DNA of 64,000 nucleotides from Psilocybe cubensis (Eukaryota): NCBI GenBank assembly GCA_017499595.2, contig CM039007.1, positions 620,001 to 684,000 of the forward strand, read 5' to 3'. Shown piece by piece: positions 50,926 to 64,000 of this stretch (position 1 is its first letter; each line of letters starts with the position of its first letter). The notes under the pieces were generated by a model. It saw only the letters and a program-made list of their open reading frames with translations, ran no database searches and was not told where the DNA came from. The position numbers and the translations under genes were made by a program.

Positions 50926-53900
50926 CGTCCACTGAACTTTCTGAAAACAGAGGTGAGGGGTAGACAGCTGCCCGTAGTAGAGAGATATATGGTTTGGACA
51001 TGATGGATATTGGTGGTGGGATGTCGGCAATGGTTGCGTTCACTTTGCGGCTCGATTCAGACGAGTCAGGCCGGCGATACGCGGCATTTCAGGCCCTCAA
51101 CGCAACGTGATCTCATTAGGTCATCAACATGGTCTGGAACATTGCCAGCCGGATTGCCCAGGCATTTTGCCTCACACATTCTCGCATAACGACTCACATG
51201 AAACAGCGAACGTCCTTGCAACACTCTTCCTCCAACTGCCTCCAACTCTACACTTCTCCTTTGGATACTCAATTTTAGTGTATGATGGGGTCGTCGAAAA
51301 CCATTTTTCATAAGGTTTGCCTTGCAGTGACACTCAATTCGTTGTAGAATGATCTTTAGAGTGATTCAGGTATTCGGGAAACTCGTGCAATGGGCAAATG
51401 AAACTTCTGCGATTTTATAAAGGACTTTGAATAAGAGGTATGTGTATTCTGCAAGATAGCAAATCAAGCATTAATCATAATTGTTTTACTTCTATGATGA
51501 CGAATATATTAGAACACCGTACTACGAGTTGCCAACGCTAGCAATCAAGTTATGAGCAAGCACAGTGCGGGTGCACTCACATACTCGCAATAAACACTCG
51601 CTGCTGAGGATAAGTGCTTTTTTGTGACCAAGCCGCCATGATCACCGTTGGGGCAGGGCAAATTTCTGTCGGCCAGTGAGAACATATTACTGCAGCCTTC
51701 TTGCGAAATCCGGAAGTCGGATATCTGACTTAGAACGGTATTTACTTCGTTCCTTGAGGTACTAATTCTCCCAACGAAGCCGATGACAGTAATGAGTATC
51801 GATTTCCTTTTGAAGTACCAACCTCAAAAGATAAAACAGTACGCTTTCAGTACTGTTTGGTTTGAAGACAGTATTCTTAAAATACGGAGATATAGATATC
51901 AAGATATATTTGTAATGCTGTTGTATTCTGGGGTAACGCGGATTGGCATGATCACCTCTGTAAATCGCCCTATTCCCCGTTTGAGTGTATACATTTCAAC
52001 ATAGTACTTAGGTAGTATGTAGACCAGCAGTTTAAACATTCTCCTGCCATACGGCTGGTTAAATATTTTCGAGCACATAGGATAGGACAGTCGCTGCCGT
52101 CGGCCTTAAAATTTAATTTTCCACACGATCCGCGCTGTTGTTTGTGGATGCAGTATCCGGACTCCTCTTCCACACTGTTTTTTGAAGGCTGCTCTCACCA
52201 ATTATTCACCAAATCTCTTAAACATACAAGGCTGATACTGCGTCATAGACCGGTTGAAGCTCTGAACGGAACTGCCCGGGTGACGTCCCAAAAATCCTCT
52301 CAGGGAAATTCACATTTGGTTTGACACCGTGGTAGTATGGTGTACATCTGAGGTCAGTTTTAAAGACGTCAGTGCAAGGCCGACGTTCGACACGGTGGTG
52401 AGAACGACAGTTTATGATTCCGTACGTAATTCTATAATTGCGAACTTTGACTGCCATTTCTAAATCACGCCTCCTGCGTCTCGGCACTGGCCATGGTTTG
52501 TTCCTTCGTTAGTAACTTGATTCCACACGTAAAAATTCTGATGTCTGCACCCGAATTTCTGATTGTTTCTTTGTCTTTCCACCTCGGGCAGTACGTGTAC
52601 AACTTAAGTGAGGCTATGTTTCCAGTTGAAATGTCCCTCAAAACCTACTTCTGGAGAATTCAGCATTTCGGGATCACCAATTACACGTATTTCCAGTAGG
52701 CCCTCCAAAAATCAATTCTGAGAAGATAATATGAACGCCCAAGTTTTGTCACTATAATTAGTCGGTACAGAAATAAAACAACGGAAACGGAGCAGAGTGA
52801 ACAAAATAATCCATCATACTCATCGTTCGTCTACATGCTCCACACGCGGGAGAGAGACAGAATGCCTGCATTTATCAATGTCGCTGCAGAAAAGGGGCAT
52901 TATTGATACATAGTCGCTTCTATCAAATTGCTTACACTTTCTCGAGCTCATGGCAAAGTTAGCTTCCCATTCAAACGCTTGACTTCTTGTTCGAAGTCGA
53001 AGCCTTCGAGTCGGTTTCAATCCGTCTTCCGTTGTCTCCGATTTCGCGGGTATAACATGTTCAAATGCCGGGTAATCGAATGTGCCTTGACGGCTTCTCA
53101 TTGAATAAACCCCTGATTTCTCACAAGGTTCCTAAAGTTGTCTGAGTCCCACGATGCTCGCCCAAGTAATGGAACCCCTCAATCCCAACTCTCCGTTATC
53201 TTGCAGGTTTGCTGAGATCGCTGGGACGTAGTAAGCGACCTCTACGGTTCCCTCAGTTTCCACGCTTCATTATAGTGGGTGCTTGTCGATGGGTAATCTC
53301 AGAGCACGGCGGAGGGGACTTTGGCGGTAGGCAGCTGTAGATGATTCCGTACCTTTCTGGGGTCTGACGAAACGAGGACAACTCCTTACGTGTTGTCAGC
53401 TTCTGTTACCTATTTGTTTTTACTCAAGTCTGCAATAGCCGTATTCTGCCCTATTCTGCCGCGTCTGCCATTCGAGCGGGTTCCCAGGGTGTTGGGCTTG
53501 GCATAACTGTATTACCGACATTTCGCCTCTGGTCATTTCGTCTTTCTTCCAACTTGCTTCGAACACAGAACAAAACACCTAATTCATAAGTTAAAATGCG
53601 CTGATGAGTTCTGTAACATACAGAAATTATGTTACTTCTGTATGTTACATGTAGATATTATTCCTAATCTCGGATATCTTTTTCTCAGCAGGTCCCATGG
53701 TAAAACATTATCTTCAAGTTAATGTCCTATACTGGAATGACGCGGTCCTTGTTCCGAACTGCTGCATGAGACTTTCGATCGGTTAAAGTCTTTCAGATGG
53801 CAAGGCGTTTACCGGAGTGTTGCTACATCTAACACGATCAGTTTCCTATGACAGAAATACACGCCCTAGGGGGTTAAAACGGCGAAATCTTGTTATCATT

Positions 53901-55133
53901 TTAACCTGAAGCTGCAGGTTCAAGTCGTTTGCCATCCCTATGCACATGGCGTATAGCTAGCCGACCGACATTGAGAAAAGAACGATGATTTACCAAGTCC
54001 TTGGATGTACTGCACGTTGTTCATATTGTCTGACTTGGGGTCCTAATCAAATGGTTGATAAGTTGACAGTTTGAACAGCCTGAGTTTCTAATTACATCAT
54101 AAACTGGCATTCCATCATAAATCTCTATCACTTTGTTTTAACTATGGAACTTTGTCTGTCATAGGAACCCTTTCGACGGCCAATAGGCATGGTAGACGGC
54201 CCAGAAATTGACATTGACGCGCTTTGATAAGGTTAGGTAGCGACATTGTACGATTTTGGCAAGGGATTAAGCCGTGATGGGTTTGTAGGTTAGAATTGGG
54301 ATGGCGAGAGAACAGCCAATCAGAACTTCAATATTGCAAAGGTCCCGGGACCACATATGTCAGCATTTTACTTCTAACTGGATGCGTGTCTGATCATTTA
54401 ATCCGGTAATATATACGAGCACATTTTGCAGTCACAGAGTACATGCATCGTTAACCTTTATGATAGGTATATCTTTTTACCTAGTTTCTCTGACCAAATC
54501 TAGACTATATTAACTTGCTGAGGGTAATCCAGAATTTTCTCGAATGAGAATGCCACACTTACCTTTGGAACATTGTTAATACAATAGATAAATGACATGA
54601 TCATCTGTCTTATGGCTACCTCGACAACCGTATGTCATAGGAATACCGGGCTTTCCGGTGTGGGGGGAGCGCGCGGTATATTGCTGTAAGTTAGTAGTTG
54701 CGTGACACACCTACAAAATTTGGACGTAAATAATCAACTTAGAGCAGAGAAGAGCGAGAATATAAAATTTTCTTGAGAGCAGGTCGTGAATCCTACCAGG
54801 TCAATGCATAATTACACGATAACCAAGTTGGCAACGAATGCAAAACGAATGCAGAGGTTCACCTTTATCTCGAAGTCTGATCAGTTGGCCATATAACAGA
54901 AACACGGTACAAACGGAGAGCAATCTAAGAATACTTATGCTGTGCAATTTCTCTTTAATACTATTTTTCCAAGGGTTAGTCAAGTATTTTATTGCCAAAC
55001 CTTGGTCACTATCAGTAACCCCTAACCGGCAACTCATTTTGGAAGGCGACATCACTGAGCACGTGATGTCGGAAAAAACAGCATCAGCACTGTGACACGA
55101 CCCTCTTGTCACTGTTCGAAACAACACAAGCAG

Positions 55134-55576
55134 ATGCACCCCAGTCAGATTTTGTTGAAGTCCGGGCGTTCAGCCTGGAAAGGTGAGTACATCTGGTGCA
55201 CCATAATGGTCAACACGCTTATACATGCAAACTTTTAGGACCTTATTTTGTTCCATTCCATGACCTGCGAGAAGCTCTGACGAACCACATTCCAATCAAG
55301 ACGCAGGCGCGTAATTGCACCATTCTACCTAACTTTGTTGGGTGAGTACTGGCCAATGGTCATATATATGCATTAATTGACGCGCTACATTCAAGTGTAC
55401 GGTTTCTGGTTCATAATGGGAGAGACTACGAACCAGTATTGGTTACCCAGGACATGGTTGGTCACAAGCTTGGAGAGTTTTCCTTTACGAAGAAGAGATT
55501 TACATTTAGGTATGTCATTATGCCACTCCTCTTTGACATTCTCATAACTTGTTTCACCAGAGCAACCAAAAAGTAG
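55134..55576 (+). CDS. RSM19: Mitochondrial ribosomal protein S19 (uS19m), 4 exons, absent from the ORF track
   Basis: Spliced translation [93 protein letters not shown] carries the S19 signatures RSxWKGP, VHNG and MVGHKLGEF. Confidence 0.93.
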
Positions 55577-57611
55577 CGCAAATGCATATTATACATCGTT
55601 AATCGGAACATCGCAGTTGAGATTCATTGGTCAAGGATAATGGTTTTCAAGGTTTCGTGCGCGATCCATTCTTATGTGCATGGCTTCTTGATGCTTGTTT
55701 TTTTGCCTCGCTTCCTGATGAGACAAGGGCAAATCCTCGGCGGTCAACATGTCTATGGCAATAAGAAGCTTCATCATATGTCCTCTCCAGTATACGATCG
55801 AAATGAAAACCAGAGGTGGATCCGAAGAAAATGCGTGCATTCCACCAATGTTTAAATCCACTGCAGCAGCCCCGAATACCACTTTCAGAGTTTTGCTCCC
55901 CCGGTTCATTTTCCAGCCATCCTTTGCTTGGATTTCTAGATTGATGTTTCTCTTCCCTCTTATGCCTGCCGCTGCTCAGTATATGCCCACCCTAGCTTAT
56001 GGCCATCAGCTTGGCCAAAAGGCACACAAACAAGTCTCTGCTGCGGAACTATCGTTTATTCTCACAATTTCAATGGATTAGTGGAGAGCGCTCATGGTGA
56101 AGGGGGCGTTGCTATGTCAGCTATGGACGCGCAGCAGACGGTGTGAGAGAACGTTCGCTTACCTCCCAGTTAAATGCAATAGTATCTGCAAATCGCCCAC
56201 AGAACTTTGACCCTCACTTTGCTAGCTTTTGTTGCACGGTACTGTGTCGAATAACCTGAGAGGATGTGATCGACGGTGCAATCTCCCGCATACTGATTGT
56301 TATTCGACCGCACACCATGGATGTCAAAGCATTGGCCAGCGTTGCAGAGCAGAAACGAATCTATCAGAGCTTGAAACAACCTGCGGTGACTCTGGGATCC
56401 ATTTTTTATGCGGGCTCTATCACCGACCTCCTTGATCTTTTGTTCATATATCCTCTAGCGCCTACAAGAATCGCTGTGCACAATCTCGATATGTTACGCT
56501 GGAGGGGAAGTAGTCTGACTGGCGACTAATATTCATTCATTTGACCTGTCTCATAACACGCATCATGTCCTGGTCATTACAACCCGCTGCTCCTCTCACC
56601 GCCTGTCTGTTTACACGTACGTGCAGCAACTATCACAAATATCTGTCTATCAATTGTTACTATTACTCGGAAGTTGGGCTTTATATCTGATCGGATCTCA
56701 TTTTTTCTATTGGGCATTTGCTATCAGACCTTCCTCAAATATTTGGATAAATAACGCTTTTGGGAGATTTTGAGGGTTTTCATTTACACATTTTGTGACT
56801 TTAGCCGTCAACAATTCAGTGATGCTCTGTCGGCAGAATATGGTATGTATCAACCTTTAATTTGACACTCGGCAGTTTATTTATAACTTTCAGTAACCAC
56901 GCTTGTTTTCCTCGGGTCGATGATTCCATGCGAAACCCGTGACGGTCATTCCCGCTACCGGTTTCCCGAACATGGTCGTGGAAACCATACCTCGAGATGT
57001 GGCTATCCTCGACCAAATCCTCAGAATGTCTCCATCATCGCCTCCAGATGTCCCCAAACTTGGGTATACGGTCACCTCCCACCCCCATTAGCTGGCTTGC
57101 CGCCTTTCCATTCCATGGTCAAATTTTTTCCTGGGAAAACGGACTGGTGGTATGGGAAAGGTGTCTCTGCCGGTCCTCGACGTCCGTTCCGGGCAGTTCG
57201 AAAGTCATGTCAATGACGCGTTTCAAGTGGACTTGTTTACCAGGACAGCCAGCTACTCCTGAGACAGCGAGCGCGGCGGGTTGTGACTCTCAGAGGAGTA
57301 TCGGCATGTGAGCGACTACTGCAACGGGCTGTCCATCTGCTGCCATCTAGTCCCGAAACCGTGGAAAGTACCTCAGGCTGTGGAAATGCAGATCACGGCC
57401 AACATTTCTGCATTACACACAGATTTTCAAGAGGTCTGGTAACTTTACAATTCCTTTGCATACCATCGCACGCTCACACCGGCCCAAATCTTTGGACCTA
57501 CCTTCTGCAGTGGAGATATTTACGGAACATTTTACCATCTCGTCCATTCGCATTTGGAAAGCGACGCTCTCATGAAATCAAAATGACTTGTCCCTGGCTG
57601 GCACAATCCAG

Positions 57612-57618
57612 TATAAAA
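57612..57618 (+). promoter_or_regulatory. TATA box of the peroxidase gene
   Basis: TATAAAA about 98 nt upstream of ATG 57710. Confidence 0.6.
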
Positions 57619-57709
57619 GACATTTGCTTTGTGCCTTCAAATCTTCAGGATACTCAAGTACTCCCCTCTTCACTCAGACAGCTCAACAGCTTTTACAGTC
57701 GATTTCTCA

Positions 57710-59359
<1,650 letters not shown>

Positions 59360-60481
59360 ATATGAAGCCTCTAAGACGGCTTATTTATTAGCACTTAAAT
59401 AGAATTTGTCTGAATTTTTCACTTCTTTTGTTGTATTTGCCAAAATATAGCTGTTGGTAACTCTTCAGCAAATAATACATATATATGGTTTTGGTACACA
59501 TTGTGTGATATTCTCTTCTGAGGTTATCTTCGACTATAAGTTCCAGCAAGTATCTGATCAGTAGATTCATATATCGCAATCAAATACAGCAACGCAAAGG
59601 TATCGCTGACTCGGGGGTGCCAAATTGTTTGGTAGTTGGTATAATGTTGTTCATAACATAAATTACACGGACATTCGTCATTTGTTCTGTATGACTGTTG
59701 AACGGAACGGTTGGCTACAGACACATGGGTCAAATAGACTTAAGGTTTTCAATTTCCCATCCGTTCTCATCGCGTGCATCACAGAAGACATAGGTTAAAT
59801 CATCTGTACATCCGAGCTTTGACATGCATGTCCGCATGGGTGTCATTCACACAGGTATATGTTTACAACCTTTATTAGACCTCCATTGCCGTATTCGACG
59901 GCGAGTTTCAGGGATTTCGATTGTAGAGCTATGCCTTGGTTACGAGTCCTATACGGAGTATAGACTCGTTCTTTTTCCCAGGCCTTTCTCAGGTGGCCAA
60001 TGTCAGGTATGCGTTTCCGCGGGAATTTATTTCCCAAAATGAATGTTCTGCTTATGTATTCTGATCTTTTGTTCATTCGCTTATTGCCGAAATTTTTTCG
60101 CGAGCTGCTCGTTTATGCCGCACCGTGAGACTGTTTCCCCTTTTCTCTCTCTCTTCCTCATCCTCTATGTTAGTTGCCGTCTGTGCGCGTTGTCGTTATA
60201 TTTGATTCCTTTCCTTTGTTTTCGCTACAGTACCATATTTTTATGTACTTGTCTGTACTTATTGTGCATAAGCTGCCTCAATATGCGTCTCTGTTAGGCC
60301 GTCTATTTCTCGTGGATATGTCTACTGCTTTATCTGCTTTATCGCGCTCTAAATGATGTTGATGTGAAGATTCCATCCTGATAGCCATGTAGTCTTTCAA
60401 CTGTTTATGTCTTTCTGTCAGCGTAATGTGCAGTTATATACTAACAACTAATGTTTTTAATATAAGATATTCATTTCTCTT

Positions 60482-61612
60482 CTATTCTCTGTGTATGGTC
60501 ATGTCCTCCATCTTTTGTCTTACTTCTCTATCTTCGTCATACACTCGACGGCGCTTCATGACGGGTATCTTCGCGATTTCTGCGTCATTCTCTATGAACT
60601 CTGCTGGGCCATTTCGTACGTCTTGCTGTTTGTGAGGTCAGTGTTATTCATTTTCCCTGAACATGCTTGCCTCACTAACCACATCATGTATGAGCGTAAG
60701 CGCTCTCAGAACTGTGGTCATCGCGACAGCTTTGTCTTTGTGCATCACTCCTATGAATGCTATGGTCGCTCGGACTATGTCTCCAACTTTGAACACGCTG
60801 GGAACCACACGCGATGTGCTGAGTCATTGATCGGATACTGTTAGTATGCCGCTGTGTATGAGATGTACCACAAAGCTCACCTTGTACCGTTATCGTTTTT
60901 GACTTCTCGCAAATAGTCGACCTTGTTGTCCATGGTGTGTATGAGATCGTCTCCTCTCATGTGCGCCAACACGCCGTCTGGATCTACACCCATATCGAAC
61001 GCCAGTCCTGCTTCTGTCGGCGCATGCTTTCTAGGTGTGAAGTAACGCGTACTTGCGTCGACCGCCCAATGACCTTCGTACATGCTTAAGTTCCACGGCT
61101 TTACCTCTATGTCTTCCTTTTTGAGGTATGTCTTCATCATCTCGTGTACATGCTTTATACTAACCGCATCGTCGTTGAATCCGTTGCTCCGCAGTCCGGT
61201 AATTCTAACTCCCTGTCGAAGATATATCGCTTTCTTCTTCATAGACGGTGTTGCGTCACTACGATTGGGTCAGTTGGGTATGCATTTTGTATATATAGTT
61301 ATATCATTTACCTTAATTTAATAGGCGGCAATTCGTTTCTGCATATTGCGCCGTACACGTAGAAGTTTTGTTCTTCAGTGGAATTCGTTCGTGTAATTCT
61401 CCACGAGCGAGGTTGTTCTACGTAGACCACTCTATGATCTTCGAGCTGTCAATCGTGTTTTTGGAATCGTCAGTATGTTCGTCCATCCATATGAATATGT
61501 AAAATACCTGAAAGTCTACCACCGGCATAGCATCGTGTATCGATTTTCGGGCGTCGCAGTACCCTTGGTCCATGAGGGCCTGCGCAGCGTATTGGTTATA
61601 GTTTGGGTCCAT
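60482..61612 (-). CDS. Hypothetical protein (VDPxGxL...FKVGDIV...LRALTL motif family), multi-exon
   Basis: Exons encode GVRITGL, STRYFTP, VDPDGVLAHM, HTMDNKVDY, PSVFKVGDIVRATIAF and LRALTLIH, with a terminal KRRRVY...HRE*. Confidence 0.6.
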
Positions 61613-62630
61613 GCAATTGGTTGAGGGTGGGATTCTGTTTCACTTTTTTTTTTTTTTGGCCTTGTTTGACCGTTTGGTTTTATGATGTTTCTCGCTTTCC
61701 GACTCGTATTCGTGTGTCCCTCTTGTGTAATCTTTCCGTTTCTGTCCGAAATCTGCTACTGTTCCGTTCTCATCGTCGTGCTTGGTTCGTACTGGTTGTT
61801 AATGTTTTGTCTCCTCTCCGGTTGTTGTTACCACCGATCATTTTGTAAAATTTTCATATATTTTTCCTCCTTGCTTATTCGCTATCGGCGCCGTTTTGAC
61901 CCTGTCTACTTCGCTCTCATATGTTCCTCTTCCCTGGTGTTCCTGTTCTCGACCGCGGCATTAGGTCGGTTGTTCATCTATGGTGTTGTCGTCTCCTCAT
62001 ATGACGCGCTTCATTAAATTGCATTTGTTCTTTAACTTGATTTGGTGTACCGAGTGCCTACTTTTCTCGTTTCATGGAGCTCCTCTTGCTTTGCTTGCTC
62101 TTTGCCTTTGCTCATCAACGTGTCGCTTCGCCTAGTTCACCTTTTTCGTGTTTTTATGCGTAGTGCGACCATCATCTGTCGGCTTTTTTTTTACATCAAA
62201 TTTTGGTCCATCATTTTTTTTGGCGTCTTTAATCCCTTAAGGCAATCGCTCCTGTACAATGGTGTTTGCTCTTGGTACGCTCATCACGCGTAATATCTTA
62301 TTCGTGCTGACTTGCTTGTCTCAGTGGCTTCGGGAGTGTGTATGGTATTCGCTAAAGGCGTTTCCACTCATCGCTTTCTATCGTACCGAGCGTTAGTCTT
62401 TGCATTTTTCTACTCCGTATCAACTCATGGATTTTATTATCCTTTTTCTCTGTTTTTCATGTTTCTCCAAGTAGTATTTATCATGTTGAATTCTTGTGAT
62501 GCTGTCTCATAACCTTTTCTATAAAACCTTGGTTTTTTTTTGTTTAGTGCTTTCCATCTTCGACGCTCTACCTGCCTCGAGCTCTATCATCTACAGTATT
62601 CCTAAGTCTCTTTATCGTTTCAATCACATT

Positions 62631-64000
62631 ATGGTTTCCATCAACTCTGCTTATGCTCCTGCTTCTCCCAAGCCTACATATGCCGATGTGGTTGCTGGTG
62701 ATCGCTCGCCCTCTGCTGAATACAAGTAAGCCGTTCCATGTTATTCTATGTACAGTTTATGATTTTAAACGTTGTGCGTTGTAACAGACATCGTCCTGCA
62801 AAAGGCATTCGCAACGTCATAATCCACGTCAAACCCGACAACAAAGAAGATTCTTTTTCTGTTGCCACTGACTCTGATGACGGACCGTTAGACAGCGTCG
62901 CCTCTCGCATTGCTGCCGCAAAGGTCGTCAAACCGGGGAACAAGACTGTTGCGTACGTGTATCCCATACTATCTTACCCTGTGTCTTCAATCACGCACGT
63001 CGTTTACATGCGTTCCTTCCGTTTTCTTATCTCTGTATTGCAGCGGATCAGATGCGTTGGACAATTTTGTTAGGAAGACCAGGTCAACAAGTGGCTTGTA
63101 TGATTTTAGCTGCACATTCCGCACTTTTTTTCTTTTGTTTTGACTACTTTATTGTCGTTATAGGAAACGCGATATCGAAGATGCTGCGCTCGTTTGTTCC
63201 GATGAGGAGTTGCCGTTAGTGAAATTGCAATCTGATAACCCTTATGTTATGCTGATATTTTGGTTTTGTTATATATTTACCTCAGAGCCCGAATTTCCCC
63301 TCCGAAGAAGAGTCGTACATCCGTCAGCGCGAACGTTGATGCGACTGTCAATCACGTATCTTACTCGAGTGATTCTTCGGTCGAAGTCATTCGAGTCGTC
63401 GATAATTCGTAAGTTTTACTGCTTGTATCAAATCTCGCCATTATTTCGTTCTGCTTAATACCGTTGGATACTCTGAACAGAGCCAACGCCCGATATCAGA
63501 AGGGTATTAGTGATGCCATATTAGTCGATGATTCATCCGCGGATGAAATGGTCTCTGTTCATCCTACCAGCGGGTATGTTTATCATTTACATCTTTTATG
63601 TTATTATGTCATACGTTCTCACATCCGCGTATTACAATTCGTGCTCCTGTCAGAGCAAAACCGAATAAACAGAAAGGCAAGAAGCCACAGAAGACAATGC
63701 CCCAAACGGTCCGTATCAAACAAGAGCCTGGCATTGTCATAAAGCAAGAAGCATCTGCTCGTCCCACGTCCGTATTGCCCTCTGAAGTTATGGTTAAGAA
63801 AGAGTCTGTCGATGTTCATATCCCTCTTGCACCGGATAACGTTGCGTCCACCCCCACAAAGAAAGACAAAGGAAAATCATCCGTTTCAAAGAAGGGCTCT
63901 GTTGGGATTCGTAGATCCGCTCGGCGTTCGGAAGCTGCGATCGAGCGAGTACCGTTCTCTTTTATTCCACATTGCGATTGACTGACGTCCTGCTCTTAGT
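62631..64000 (+). CDS. Low-complexity hypothetical protein, multi-exon, truncated by the window edge
   Basis: MVSINSAYAPASPKPTYADVVAG..., an acidic segment, repeated xKQEP/KQEA/KKES motifs and intron-like T-rich spacers. Confidence 0.45.

Noticed and set aside
51100-55100. Scattered short ORFs (e.g. 52820-53101)
   Set aside because: No recognisable motifs or consistent exon chain could be built by eye.

Overview
Intron-rich fungal genomic DNA from an agaricomycete, probably Agaricales (inferred from short GT-AG introns, an STE3 receptor, FunK1 kinases and a class II peroxidase). Left to right: STE3 pheromone receptor, RG-rich hypothetical gene, MFS transporter, hypothetical gene, tRNA-Glu(CTC), type-B carboxylesterase, a duplicated and decaying block (XPA-C-like gene, ABC1 kinase pseudogene, two FunK1 kinases), a small secreted Cys-rich protein and repeat-rich spacer DNA. 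Next comes a compact ~5.4 kb cluster (32967-38331). It holds three UstYa/DUF3328 oxidase genes, two single-pass membrane genes and a spliced 49-aa secreted peptide gene missed by the ORF track (signal peptide, acidic pro-region, ...IEARR-LALCY*). This is the best candidate for a new system: a basidiomycete dikaritin-like RiPP cluster with a single-core precursor. Further right: a peptidase fragment, a multi-TM protein, a GT61-like glycosyltransferase, a third mosaic FunK1 and an intact ABC1 kinase (forming inverted arms around the central ~18 kb), mitochondrial ribosomal protein S19, an atypical E/S/D manganese peroxidase, and T-rich DNA with hypothetical genes running off the edge. Exon boundaries were read by eye and families recognised from motifs; no database searches were run.
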